The translations under genes were made by a program, and so were the position numbers. Of a DNA stretch of 64,000 nt, positions 44,539 through 54,518 are shown piece by piece (position 1 is the first letter of the stretch; every line of letters begins with the position of its first letter). Origin of the DNA: Clostridia bacterium (GTDB taxonomy: Bacteria; Bacillota; Clostridia; Oscillospirales; CAG-272); assembly GCA_017446155.1 (NCBI GenBank), contig JAFSRI010000045.1, positions 16,704 to 80,703 on the forward strand, given 5' to 3'. The notes under the pieces were generated by a model. The model had not been told where the DNA came from. It saw only the letters and a program-made list of their open reading frames with translations, and did not search any database.

Positions 44539-45874
44539 TTCGGTTTACCTCTGTTGTTTTTTCGTAATATTTGATTTTTATTTCTCTTTCCATGTATTTG
44601 CCGAACGGCGCCGCGGGAAAACCGGGATACCATATAACGTCCTCGCCCGCACAGAACACCGGGCGTATTCTTTTTGCAATATCCGGCAAATTTCCTATCA
44701 TCTTTTTTATCGTGCGCGTCATTTTCCAAAAGAAATATTTATCCCCTGCGCGACGGCTTCTGATGTTCAGCGTTTCAAGCGTTTGCCGCGGAATGTCGGT
44801 TTCGGCTACCAATGTATAGCCATCGGGAGCTTTTCCGTCGCCGACGCAGATATAAAATCCGTCCGGGCTCTCATATGCGCCCTCATTAAGTTTAAATGAA
44901 AACTCCGGTCGCGGAGCGTTTTTTTGCTCGGTAGAAAAGTAAAATTTGCCGTTTTGCGCCGTCGCATATACGCCGCCGGGCATTATCTCACGCCCGTCGC
45001 CTGCGCGCAAAATAAGCGCTTCCGCCGTCTTTATGTGGCTTAACTCCAACGTGCCGCCGTAAAGCAGGCAGATAACGCGGCGTCTGAGCGCCGTATGTGC
45101 GTCGGCGAGTTTTTCTCTGTCGGCTTTGCCATCCGAAACATTCTCTTTTATGAACGTTTCGGCGCATTGATTGATAAAATCAAGGTCGAGCGCCGCCGAG
45201 TCGCTCATATTCCCTACCGATTTTTCGGCATTCGGGAATATTTCCTTTATTCTCGGCACAATGTTAGCCCTGATAAAATTTCGCGTGTAATGTGTGTCGG
45301 CGTTCGTTGAGTCTGTAACATATTCCAAGTTATTTTCACCGACATACCCCATTATCTCATCTCGCGTGCAGTCGATAAGCGGACGAATGACCGTCGCCTC
45401 ACCGCATTTGCGTGAATACGGTATTCCGCGCATACCCGAAAGTCCGCTTCCGCGAAACAGATTGAACAGCACGGTTTCAAGGTTGTCGCTTTGCGTATGG
45501 GCAAGCGCTATATATTTTGCGCCCGTCTTGTTTGCCGCCTCTTCAAACGCGGAATATCTGACGTTGCGCGCCGTTTCTTCAACGGCGCTTTCGCCGCAAA
45601 TCGCGCGCACGTCTATTTTTCGGCAAATAAACTTAACGCCGCGGTCACGGCAGAAATCCGCACAAAACTTTTCGTCCCTGTCGGCGTCCTCTCCGCGCAA
45701 CATGTGGTTTATGTGCACCGCCGTTATCTTTTCTGCTCCGAGCAGTTTTATCATCGCCGACAAAAGTGTCGTCGAATCCGCACCGCCGGAAAAACCGATA
45801 ATAATTTCACCTTTTATGTCTTTTATTCTTTCCCCCGCCTTTTTTAAGACGGAGATTGTATATCTTTTATCCAT
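44525..45874 (-). CDS. tilS: tRNA(Ile)-lysidine synthetase
   Basis: 449-aa ORF with the PP-loop GFSGGADSTTLL. It has LAHTQSDNLETVLFNLFRGSG and a C-terminal TilS substrate domain. It overlaps hpt by 14 nt and starts 3 nt after dnaB. Confidence 0.9.
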   Translation of the reverse strand: MDKRYTISVLKKAGERIKDIKGEIIIGFSGGADSTTLLSAMIKLLGAEKITAVHINHMLRGEDADRDEKFCADFCRDRGVKFICRKIDVRAICGESAVEETARNVRYSAFEEAANKTGAKYIALAHTQSDNLETVLFNLFRGSGLSGMRGIPYSRKCGEATVIRPLIDCTRDEIMGYVGENNLEYVTDSTNADTHYTRNFIRANIVPRIKEIFPNAEKSVGNMSDSAALDLDFINQCAETFIKENVSDGKADREKLADAHTALRRRVICLLYGGTLELSHIKTAEALILRAGDGREIMPGGVYATAQNGKFYFSTEQKNAPRPEFSFKLNEGAYESPDGFYICVGDGKAPDGYTLVAETDIPRQTLETLNIRSRRAGDKYFFWKMTRTIKKMIGNLPDIAKRIRPVFCAGEDVIWYPGFPAAPFGKYMEREIKIKYYEKTTEVNRNANE

Positions 45875-45877
45875 AGA

Positions 45878-47212
45878 TCACTCAGGCATATCTCTGTTCG
45901 TTTCAAGAGAAAGGAACTTTGTGTATTTGCCAAGCCAGCTCAGTTTTACAACGTCGCATGATCCGTGACGGTTCTTGGCTATAACGCATTCCGCCTCGTT
46001 TGATGTCTGCTCGCCTTTGGCGTAATCGCCGTGGAGGAACATAACGATGTCGGCGTCCTGTTCTATCGCGCCCGAATCTCTCAGGTCTGAAAGAGTCGGC
46101 CTTCTCGATTCTCCGTTCTTTTCCGTCGCGCGCGAAAGCTGCGCACAGCAGATTATCGGAACGCCCAAGTCCTTTGCCATAAGTTTCAGCCCTCGCGAAA
46201 TATCGCCCACTTCAAGTACGCGGTTGCCGTCCTTGCGATTTATGTCGCTGTGCATAAGCTGCAAATAATCCACCACTACAAGCCCGAGGTTTTTCTGACG
46301 GCGGAGTTTGGCTTTCATTTGAGTGACGGTGACGTTGGATGTGTCGTCGAGCATTATATTGCATTCCGAAAGTTCCGACGCCGCCTTTGCGAGCTGGTCA
46401 TAGTCGCCCGTGCTTATCTTGCCGGAGCGGATCGACATACTGTCCACAAGCGCCTCGGACGAAAGCATCCTCGACGCGAGCTGAGATACCGTCATTTCAA
46501 GTGAAAACACGCACACCGTCTTTTTAGAGCGTTTTGCAATGTTTGTAGCTATATTCATGGCAAAACTCGTCTTACCCATACCGGGGCGCGCGCCAATTAT
46601 GACAAGATCTCCCGGAACAAGCCCGACAAGGTACTTATCAAGATCTCCGTAACCGGTTCTTTCACCTGCCGCGGCATCCGGGTTCTTTCTGAGTTCGTCA
46701 AGCTGACTTATCGCCTGATAGAGTGCTTCGCGTATCGTGACAAACTGTTTTGTGTCCGACGTGCGCGAAAGGTCAAATATTTTCTGTTCAGCGTCGTCGA
46801 GTATCATTTGCACATCGCCGCGTGCGGAATATGCATTTTCGGATATTTCATCCGACGCGTCGATAAGCGAACGGAGCACCGCCTTATCGCGCACAATTTT
46901 GGCATAGTCCATCACGTTTGCCGCCGACGGCACAGTTTCCGCTATAACTTTAACGTATCTCACGCAGTCCTCTTTGGAATATATCCCGCGGGAAACGAGC
47001 GTTTCAACAAGCGTCACCATATCGATGGCTTTATCTTTTATAAAAATCTCGTTCATCGCGTCGAATATCTCGCCGTGCTCCGGAATGTAAAAATCCGAGC
47101 CGTGCAAAACCGCGCTCACTTTGGATATAGCCTCGGGGTCTATCAGCACGGCGCCCAGCACCGACTGTTCCGCCTCGACGGAAAACGGCTTTGTCCTTTG
47201 AGTTTCAGCCAT
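45878..47212 (-). CDS. dnaB: Replicative DNA helicase (DnaB family; DnaC in Bacillus nomenclature)
   Basis: 444-aa ORF. It has EAEQSVLGAVLIDPEAI, Walker A GARPGMGKTSFAMN, VVVDYLQLM and AQLSRATE. Confidence 0.95.
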   Translation of the reverse strand: MAETQRTKPFSVEAEQSVLGAVLIDPEAISKVSAVLHGSDFYIPEHGEIFDAMNEIFIKDKAIDMVTLVETLVSRGIYSKEDCVRYVKVIAETVPSAANVMDYAKIVRDKAVLRSLIDASDEISENAYSARGDVQMILDDAEQKIFDLSRTSDTKQFVTIREALYQAISQLDELRKNPDAAAGERTGYGDLDKYLVGLVPGDLVIIGARPGMGKTSFAMNIATNIAKRSKKTVCVFSLEMTVSQLASRMLSSEALVDSMSIRSGKISTGDYDQLAKAASELSECNIMLDDTSNVTVTQMKAKLRRQKNLGLVVVDYLQLMHSDINRKDGNRVLEVGDISRGLKLMAKDLGVPIICCAQLSRATEKNGESRRPTLSDLRDSGAIEQDADIVMFLHGDYAKGEQTSNEAECVIAKNRHGSCDVVKLSWLGKYTKFLSLETNRDMPE

Positions 47213-47233
47213 TTTGTTTTTCTCCTTTGGATT

Positions 47234-47683
47234 TTATTTCGTCGCTCTTTTTACGTCTATTGTGAGTTTAGCCGTTATTTCCGTATAGAGTTTTACCTCT
47301 GCCGTATATGTGCCGTATGTCTTTATCTGCTCCGAAAGGTTTATCTTTCTCTTATCAAGCTCAACGCCGTATTGTTCGGATACCGCGTCGGCTATATCTT
47401 TTGCCGTCACAGCCCCGTAAAGGCGATCGTCGCTTCCCGCAACTTCCATCACCACGGTTATCTTTTCCAGCTTTTCTTTCGCTTCGGCGGCGGCTTTGCG
47501 TTCCACTTCTTTCTGATGAGCTATCGACTCTTCTTTTCCTTTTATCTCATTTAATATTTTGTTGTCGGCTTCTACCGCGAGTTTTTTCGGCAAAAGGAAA
47601 TTTCTTGCATATCCTTCGGAAACGTTTAACACGTCTCCTTTCTTTCCCTGCCCTCTTACATCGGCTATAAGTACAACTTTCAT
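47234..47683 (-). CDS. rplI: 50S ribosomal protein L9
   Basis: 149-aa ORF with a GGAGGT RBS. MKVVLIADVRGQGKKGDVLNVSEGYARNFLLPKKLA is the classic L9 N-terminus. Confidence 0.95.
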   Translation of the reverse strand: MKVVLIADVRGQGKKGDVLNVSEGYARNFLLPKKLAVEADNKILNEIKGKEESIAHQKEVERKAAAEAKEKLEKITVVMEVAGSDDRLYGAVTAKDIADAVSEQYGVELDKRKINLSEQIKTYGTYTAEVKLYTEITAKLTIDVKRATK

Positions 47684-47911
47684 ATATATTACCTCCTAAG
47701 AAAATTTTCTCCCTTATAATGTTTTAATAATATCATAATTGCGGTTTTTCGTCAAGTGTCATTGATTTTATTATTCAAAAAACGTTTTGCCTCAAAAAAT
47801 CACATACGGTTGATCTCGCTTTTCGGCATACCGGTTTTCTTTGATTTCTATTTTTCGTTACGCCTGAAAAAATTATTGTTTAATAACGCAAAAGCGGTTT
47901 ATTAAAACCAC

Positions 47912-47940
47912 TTGCAAAAAATGCGCTTATGATTTATAAT
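47912..47940 (+). promoter_or_regulatory. SigmaA-type promoter of the esterase gene
   Basis: TTGCAA (47912-47917), a 17-nt spacer, then TATAAT (47935-47940). Confidence 0.55.
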
Positions 47941-47993
47941 TTTAAACGTAAAGCCACCATCCGCACAAATGCGGAAAAACATACGGAGAAAAA

Positions 47994-48671
47994 ATGAAAA
48001 AAGAAATATATCTTGCAAAAGACGGATATAAAATGAATTTTGAAATATTTTATCCCGATGCAAAAATCCCCGAGCCGCCGCTCGTCGTGTTTCTTCACGG
48101 CGCGGGAGAGAGAGGCGAAAAAATCGACCATCTCGCGCGGCACGCTCTGCCGAAACTCCTCGAAGAAGGCGCGGAGTATCCTACGGTGATACTCGTTCCG
48201 CAATGCCCTGAAAACTGCGTTTGGGATAATATCGTGTTCGACGTAAAAACGCTTATCGACTTTACCGTCGCAAAATTCAACTGCGACAAAAGCCGCGTTT
48301 ACGTTACGGGCGGTAGCATGGGCGGTTTCGGGACGTGGGCTATGGGACAGACGTTCCCTGATTTTTTCGCTGCGATGGCTCCCATCGCGAGCGGAGGGAT
48401 GACGTGGCGATGCCGCAATCTCATATCGACGCCCGTGTTCGCATATCACGGCGAGTTTGACGAGGCCGTTCCCGTCGTTTGCGCGGAAGTAATGGTAGAC
48501 GCGACGAACAGCTTCGGCGGGCGCGCGACGCTGACTTTGCTTAAAGAGCTGAGGCATAACGACGGCATCGACACGGCGTATGAAAAATTCGGCGTGATCG
48601 AAACGCTACTCAAAGAAAAAAGGACGGATTTTACCCCCGTTCCAGAAGCGTTCTCCAAATATTTCAACTAA
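47994..48671 (+). CDS. Alpha/beta-hydrolase fold esterase (phospholipase/carboxylesterase-like)
   Basis: 225-aa ORF with a GGAGAAAA RBS. It has an oxyanion region VVFLHGAGERG, a nucleophile elbow GGSMGGFG, and a late HGEFDEAVP/H pattern. Confidence 0.7.
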   Translation: MKKEIYLAKDGYKMNFEIFYPDAKIPEPPLVVFLHGAGERGEKIDHLARHALPKLLEEGAEYPTVILVPQCPENCVWDNIVFDVKTLIDFTVAKFNCDKSRVYVTGGSMGGFGTWAMGQTFPDFFAAMAPIASGGMTWRCRNLISTPVFAYHGEFDEAVPVVCAEVMVDATNSFGGRATLTLLKELRHNDGIDTAYEKFGVIETLLKEKRTDFTPVPEAFSKYFN

Positions 48672-48707
48672 GACCTCCGCGGGCTTTTTCCGAACGTTTT
48701 ATAATAT

Positions 48708-48745
48708 AAAAGCGGCGCCGCTCTAAATGAACGGCGCCCGTTTTG
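48708..48745. terminator. Bidirectional terminator between convergent genes
   Basis: GC stem GGCGCCG (48714-48720) pairs with CGGCGCC (48732-48738). AAAA lies upstream and CGTTTTGTT downstream. Confidence 0.6.
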
Positions 48746-49786
48746 TTATTTTTCAAAAGTGAACTTATCCCACGGAATGTTTACTTCCGTCTTGTTTTGA
48801 AGAATATCGTCTATATGCAATAGCAACGGGAAATCGTCAAGCGACAGAATTCCTCGCTCGGCACTTTTCCTCACGGCTTTCGCCACTCGGCGAGCTACAA
48901 CAAGAGATTCAAGCGTCACGCCTTTCAGCTCCGCCTGCGCCTCGTCTATGTTAAATCCGCGACCGAGCAAAATACCCACAAGCCGCGTTCTTCCGCCGTA
49001 AACGGTGACGTAAAGATCTCCCGCGCCGACACTGAGATTTTCAAGCGTTCCCGCGCCCTGAAAATCGAGAAGTTTCGCAATCTCTTTGATACTTTGTCCG
49101 AACACCGCCGCCTGAGAATTGAAATGCAACTCGCTTTCAAGGCCGAATGTCCTTTGGTTAAGCCCTATCGTCAAGGCGATGCCGAGCGCATATCCGTTTT
49201 TCAGCGCGACGGCGCTTTCAATGCCGGTGACGTCTGTTGAAAGGCTGATATGATAATAGTCCGTCTGCATATACGAACGGAGTTTTCTCAAAACTTCAAT
49301 ATCTTCCCCGCAGAAAGCAACCTCCGTTTGATCGTGCGCCACAAGTTCATAGCTCGTGCACGGACCGCCGATAGCGTTGAGCGACAGACATTTGTCGCCG
49401 AGCTTTTCTTTCCAATATGCCGGATATGTGATAAGTTTGCCGTCCGCTGTATCAACAAGTCCCTTTGTCACCGTGAGAACAGGGATATTTTCGGGGATTA
49501 TAGGCAAGATTTTTTCGGCAAACCAATCCACGCCGAAGCTGCTCACTCCTCCTATTATCATATCGGCGCCGTCTATGGCGTTCTTTACCTGCTCTATTTG
49601 ATAATACTTCACCCCGTCGGGAAAATCCTTTGTAAACTTCGGGTGTCTGCCGGTATTTGACGACGTTTCAATTATTTCCCTGTCGAGATGTGTACCGACA
49701 AGGCACACCTCGTGACCGTTTTCTCTCGCCGGAAACGCAAGCGCAGAGCCCATCATTCCCGCGCCGATTATCGTTATTTTTGCCAT
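48746..49786 (-). CDS. NAD(P)H-dependent glycerol-3-phosphate dehydrogenase family protein
   Basis: I moved the start to the ATG at 49786 (MAKITIIGAGMMGSALA), which follows GGAGAGGGGAA. It has a Rossmann N-terminus, and GGPCTSYEL and GIESAVALKNGYALG resemble GpsA-family motifs. It looks divergent from canonical GpsA. Confidence 0.6.
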   Translation of the reverse strand: MAKITIIGAGMMGSALAFPARENGHEVCLVGTHLDREIIETSSNTGRHPKFTKDFPDGVKYYQIEQVKNAIDGADMIIGGVSSFGVDWFAEKILPIIPENIPVLTVTKGLVDTADGKLITYPAYWKEKLGDKCLSLNAIGGPCTSYELVAHDQTEVAFCGEDIEVLRKLRSYMQTDYYHISLSTDVTGIESAVALKNGYALGIALTIGLNQRTFGLESELHFNSQAAVFGQSIKEIAKLLDFQGAGTLENLSVGAGDLYVTVYGGRTRLVGILLGRGFNIDEAQAELKGVTLESLVVARRVAKAVRKSAERGILSLDDFPLLLHIDDILQNKTEVNIPWDKFTFEK

Positions 49787-49974
49787 GTTTTCCCCTCTCC
49801 TCAACACTTTGTTTCTAAAAAAAACAGCTTGCCTGTCGTTAAAATGATTATTCTGTTTCAGTTCATTGACGTATCAGTTATTTTCGACCGGCATGGATAA
49901 ATATTTCTTCAAGACGATCCGAATCGTTTGCCGTTCAAACAGTTCTGTACGGCTTTTTTAACAAGCGCAACCGT

Positions 49975-50748
49975 TTAAAACCTTATCTTTATCGGCTCAG
50001 TCGGCTCTGTTATTTCCACGCCGAATCTGTCCGCCCACCTTAGTGACTGCTCTACGTTTTCCGGCTGAGCTATGTGTTGTGGGTCATGCGCGTCACAGCC
50101 GAGTATCGCCTTGTTGCCGACATTTGCGGCTACCTTCCAAAATCTTTCGTCGGGGTATGACCTGTGCTCGCGCAAGCCAAGCATATTTATTTCGAGCGGT
50201 ATATCGAGCTTCTTTGCCTCTTGGCAGAGAAGCGTCATTTTTTCTTCATAATAATCGCCGTCGCAGCTGATGTTCAGCACATCAGGGTGCGCCAGATAGA
50301 AAAACCTGCCCGTTCTCATGCCCTCTATCACTTGATTTACATATGCGTCAAGCGCACCTGCGTCGTCCGTCGGCTTTGCCGTGTGCTGTTCGCCTATCTC
50401 GTTGCCGATAAAATGTTGCCCCAATATAAGATAATCATATGGGGCCTGATTCAATATATCAAGGGTTTTGTCAAAAAATTCCGGGTAATATTCCGTTTCA
50501 TAGCCGATATATATTTTTATACTGTCTTTAAATTCTTCCCTCAGCTTTATTATCTCCCCCGCGTATTCGGCAACTTCCTCCGGGCTCATTCTGAAATGCG
50601 AATAATATCCGTCCGGAAAATAATAGGGCGAATGGTCTGAGAAACCGAGATACTTTATACCGGCATTTATCGCCGCAAGCACATAATCGCGCTCGGTTCC
50701 TTTCGCGTGGTGACATCTGTATGTGTGTGTGTGAAAGTTTGCTATCAT
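49975..50748 (-). CDS. Histidinol-phosphatase-like PHP family hydrolase (HisJ family), second paralogue
   Basis: I moved the start to the ATG at 50748 (MIANFHTHTYRCHHA), which follows AAAGAGGAAAA. FSDHSP, LILGQHF, AHPDV and GCDAH form the PHP pattern. Confidence 0.75.
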   Translation of the reverse strand: MIANFHTHTYRCHHAKGTERDYVLAAINAGIKYLGFSDHSPYYFPDGYYSHFRMSPEEVAEYAGEIIKLREEFKDSIKIYIGYETEYYPEFFDKTLDILNQAPYDYLILGQHFIGNEIGEQHTAKPTDDAGALDAYVNQVIEGMRTGRFFYLAHPDVLNISCDGDYYEEKMTLLCQEAKKLDIPLEINMLGLREHRSYPDERFWKVAANVGNKAILGCDAHDPQHIAQPENVEQSLRWADRFGVEITEPTEPIKIRF

Positions 50749-51041
50749 TTTTTCCTCTTTATATATACTTGTGCGGCATTTTCGTTTTTGACTAAGCCTG
50801 TTTCTGTCCGTTATGTTCGCGCGCGCTCTCTCTTGCAACGGTAAAAATCTCAACCGCGATTATAAAAGCACAAAAACCGTCAAAAAAAGAATAATCCGTA
50901 ATTTTATGCCGTAATACCGAGTATTATGAAATTTCAAAAACAATTTTATCACAAAAAAATATGTGTGTCAACGCAAAATGCTTTGACAATTCGATAAATG
51001 AGTGATATACTTTGATATACTGTTTTGGAGGCGATTTTAAT

Positions 51042-51545
51042 ATGCATGACGAATTAACAAAAGTAGACATACAAAAAATGCAAGAGGAGATAGATTATCG
51101 CAAGAATGTTTTGGGACCCAAATTGCGCGCAGAGGTCGGCGCGGCGAGGGAGCTTGGAGATTTGAGCGAAAACTATGAATATCACGCGGCAAAGCGAGAA
51201 CTTGGTAAAAACAACGGCAGGATACGCTATCTTGAAAATATGATAAAGACAGCAAAGGTAATAGAAACAGGCTCTGCCGACGGCGTTGTGGGGTTATTTG
51301 ACAAGGTGACGGTTTATATTGAAGAAGACGGAGAGGATATGACGTTTACGCTTGTCACGACATTAAGACAAAACTCGCTCAAAGGGCTGATAAGCAAAGA
51401 ATCTCCGCTCGGAAAAGCCGTCATCGGCCGCAAAGTCGGCGAGCGCGTGGCGGTTGAAGTAAACCCGACCTACACATATTACGTTGTAATTAAATCCACC
51501 GAAAAAGGCGAGGACGACGCTTCGCTTGATATAAGCAAATATTAA
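51042..51545 (+). CDS. greA: Transcription elongation factor GreA
   Basis: I moved the start to the ATG at 51042, which lies 10 nt after GGAGG. AARELGDLSENYEYHAAKRE is the GreA coiled-coil hallmark. The C-terminal segment SKESPLGKAVIGRKVGE fits too. Confidence 0.9.
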   Translation: MHDELTKVDIQKMQEEIDYRKNVLGPKLRAEVGAARELGDLSENYEYHAAKRELGKNNGRIRYLENMIKTAKVIETGSADGVVGLFDKVTVYIEEDGEDMTFTLVTTLRQNSLKGLISKESPLGKAVIGRKVGERVAVEVNPTYTYYVVIKSTEKGEDDASLDISKY

Positions 51546-51793
51546 AATAACACGGGGCGCTTTTTTCACGAAAACGTCCCGTTTTTCTTTTTGATAAATT
51601 CACTCGCGGTTTTAGCGCGAAAAAATATCAAAATTTTTCTCGTCGGCACCGTTTTTTATCCTTCATATCATAAAATCACCGCGATTTATCGGGAAGAAAA
51701 ATTAACTTCCAGATTTTTTATTATTCGCTTTACTTTTCAACATTTTTATGATAAACTGAACTTAACTCAAATTTTGTTTTATGAGGTGGATAT

Positions 51794-53749
51794 ATGATAG
51801 ACGTAAAAAAACTCAGCGGAGAAGAAAAGCTCCGTTTGGTTATGGCAAGAAACAGTTGGAGCAACTATTCGCTTGACGGCAAGATCTATTCTTTCGCCGT
51901 ATCGGACGCGACATGCGGTCTTCGCACAAAAGAGTCGCTTGAAGACGACGGCAGCCCCACATTGCCTTCGATAGCTTACCCTTCGTCGCAAATGCTGGCA
52001 AACAGCTGGGATGTGAAATTGGCGGAAGAATACGGTCGCGCTATTGCAAACGATTGTATTGAAAAAGGCATAGATATAGTGCTCGGCCCCGGCGTAAATA
52101 TAAAGAGGCTTCCCATCTGCGGACGAAATTTCGAGTATTACAGCGAAGACCCCATACTTGCAGGATATATCGCCAAAGGGTTCGTCACCGGACTTCAAAA
52201 AGAACATATCGGCGCTTGCGTAAAACATTATTGTGCCAACAACATAGAATACGGCCGTCTTTTCAACTCATCTGAGGTAGATGAAAGAACTCTGCGCGAA
52301 ATATACCTGCGCGTGTTCCAAATAGCCATGGAAGCAAAACCTTGGACGGTTATGTGCTCATATAACCTTCTCAACGGCACGCTTATGTCGGAAAACGGCA
52401 AAATGTTCGACCTTCTCCGCGATGAGTTCGGTTTTGACGGGCTCGTCATGTCCGACTGGTCGGCAGTCAGGCGTTCGTCACGTTCAATCAACGGCGGTCT
52501 TGACATCGAAATGCCGCACAACACGCCGAGAGAAACAGAGATGAGAGAAGATTATGCGGCGGGGCTCGTTGACGAAAAGATGCTCGACCGAGCCGCCGGC
52601 AGAGTTATTGCGCTCGCCGAAAAATGCGGCGAAGAGAGCAAAAAGAGAAAACTGACGATGACGACGGAAGAACGTGAAGAATTTGTTGTAAAAGCCGCAA
52701 GAGAGAGCATCGTTCTTCTTAAAAACAAAAATAACACCTTGCCGCTTACAAACGAAAAAGTAATGATAACAGGAGCCCCAGAACGCAGCTTCTACGAAGG
52801 CGGCGGTTCGGCAAAAGTTGAACCGTCAAAGCCGCTGCTTCGCCTCGGCGCGGCGCTGAGAGAACTCGGCATCGACACTTCGTACCGCGAAAGCGTAAGA
52901 GAGGTTTTGGGCGGGCAGGCTTGCATGAACGGCAGCGCAGTAAGCTGCCGGGAAGAGCTGCAAGTTCGCGACGCCGCGATAATTGAGGTGGGCAATTCGT
53001 CGACAACCGAAACGGAATGTCGCGACAGACAGACGATAAAACTCTGCTTTGAAGAGATAAGCGTAATAAAATATCTCGCCGAAAAATGCCCCGACAAAAA
53101 GATAATCGTAGTTATATACGCCGGCTCAGCCGTCGATATGTCCGATTGGATAGACGACGTTGACGCCGTCGTTTGGGCGGGCTATTGCGGACAGGGCGGA
53201 AACCGCGCGGTAGCGGAGATCATCACGGGCAAAGCAAACCCGTGCGGCAAACTTTCCGAAACGTTCCCGCTTCATCTTGAAGACGTCAAGGCAATGCATT
53301 CGCACATCGACCCCGAAACCGTTGTATATGAAGAAGAACTCGACGTCGGTTACAGATATTTTGAAACGCACAACGTTGACGTTCTCTTCCCGTTCGGCTA
53401 CGGACTTTCATATTCAAATTATGAATATTCCTCGCTTTCCGTTTCGCAGAATGAAAACACGCTCACCGCAACGTTTGACATTTCAAACACGTCCGACGTC
53501 GACGGTAAGGAAACGGCGCAGCTTTACGTTTCGTTCGATACGCCCGACCGCGGCCGTCCGAGCATAGAGCTTAAAGGCTTTACAAAAGTATTCGTTCCGG
53601 CACATAAAAAGGTAAAAGCGACGATCACAGTAGACAAGAAATATCTCAATTATTTCTCGCTTGAACAAAACAAGTTTGTTGATATAGAGAAGTTGACGGT
53701 AAAGATCGGTCGAAACTGCCACGACATCGTTCTTGAAAAAGAAGTTTGA
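51794..53749 (+). CDS. GH3 family glycoside hydrolase (beta-glucosidase/beta-hexosaminidase type)
   Basis: 651-aa ORF with a GAGGTGG RBS. GPGVNIKRLPICGRNFEYYSEDP, KHYCANN and the nucleophile region GLVMSDW are GH3 hallmarks. A C-terminal Fn3-like domain is present. No signal peptide. Confidence 0.85.
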   Translation: MIDVKKLSGEEKLRLVMARNSWSNYSLDGKIYSFAVSDATCGLRTKESLEDDGSPTLPSIAYPSSQMLANSWDVKLAEEYGRAIANDCIEKGIDIVLGPGVNIKRLPICGRNFEYYSEDPILAGYIAKGFVTGLQKEHIGACVKHYCANNIEYGRLFNSSEVDERTLREIYLRVFQIAMEAKPWTVMCSYNLLNGTLMSENGKMFDLLRDEFGFDGLVMSDWSAVRRSSRSINGGLDIEMPHNTPRETEMREDYAAGLVDEKMLDRAAGRVIALAEKCGEESKKRKLTMTTEEREEFVVKAARESIVLLKNKNNTLPLTNEKVMITGAPERSFYEGGGSAKVEPSKPLLRLGAALRELGIDTSYRESVREVLGGQACMNGSAVSCREELQVRDAAIIEVGNSSTTETECRDRQTIKLCFEEISVIKYLAEKCPDKKIIVVIYAGSAVDMSDWIDDVDAVVWAGYCGQGGNRAVAEIITGKANPCGKLSETFPLHLEDVKAMHSHIDPETVVYEEELDVGYRYFETHNVDVLFPFGYGLSYSNYEYSSLSVSQNENTLTATFDISNTSDVDGKETAQLYVSFDTPDRGRPSIELKGFTKVFVPAHKKVKATITVDKKYLNYFSLEQNKFVDIEKLTVKIGRNCHDIVLEKEV

Positions 53750-53761
53750 TATTTAAAATTT

Positions 53762-53794
53762 AAAACCGACAGGCGCTCGCCTGTCGGTTTTTTC
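53762..53794 (+). terminator. Intrinsic terminator after the GH3 gene
   Basis: Stem CCGACAGGCG pairs with CGCCTGTCGG (53766-53787). It is followed by TTTTTT and preceded by AAAA. Confidence 0.85.
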
Positions 53795-54007
53795 AACGCT
53801 TAAAATTTGTCAGCAAGTTTTAATGCAATTCCTTTTCTTATATATGAATTTTGTGAATATCAAAAAACTTTTCAATTCGTCAAAACATTTGCTTTTTCTC
53901 AAAAGAGTTTTACCGCATCGTTTAAAACCCTTTCATATCATTTTCGGTAGTTTTTTTCAACATCTTTAATGTGTACACCGAAAAATAACGTTTTACGACG
54001 GCGAAAG

Positions 54008-54409
54008 TCATTTCATAAGATCGGCCACGGTCAAGGAGTCAAAGAAATCGTTTATCAATACGTTCAGTTTATCCCACATCGGACGTGTGCGGCATTCTTC
54101 CGCACGCTGACAAGGCTCGGCGTTACATTCAAGACAAGATACCGGCGCAAGCTCGCCTTCGGTCAGCCGCAATATCTCACCTATTTTATATTCCTCTGCC
54201 TTTCGCAAAAGTTTATATCCGCCGCCCTTGCCGTGAACACCCTCGATAAGGCCGTTTGCCACAAGCGACGGCAATATCTTTTCAAGATATTTAAGTGAAA
54301 TTTCCTGTCTCTGCGCCACGTCCCTCATCGGAACATATCCTCCGTCGGTATGCTCGGCGAGATCTATCATCACACGAAGAGCATACCTGCCCTTTGTCGA
54401 AATCATCAT
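54008..54409 (-). CDS. Rrf2 family transcriptional regulator (CymR/IscR-like)
   Basis: I prefer the start at the ATG-ATG pair at 54409/54406 (MMISTKGRYALRVMIDLA), which follows AGAAGGGA. It has a winged-helix N-terminus and three C-terminal Cys (CLECNAEPCQRAEEC), suggesting Fe-S ligation. Confidence 0.8.
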   Translation of the reverse strand: MMISTKGRYALRVMIDLAEHTDGGYVPMRDVAQRQEISLKYLEKILPSLVANGLIEGVHGKGGGYKLLRKAEEYKIGEILRLTEGELAPVSCLECNAEPCQRAEECRTRPMWDKLNVLINDFFDSLTVADLMK

Positions 54410-54518
54410 TTTACGTTTTTTCCCTTCTCTCAAATGCGATAAGTCGTTTTTGTTTTATCAAACATTTTTTAAATACTTAAAAAGCCGATATTTGATGTCT
54501 TTTTTCATTTATTCGGTA

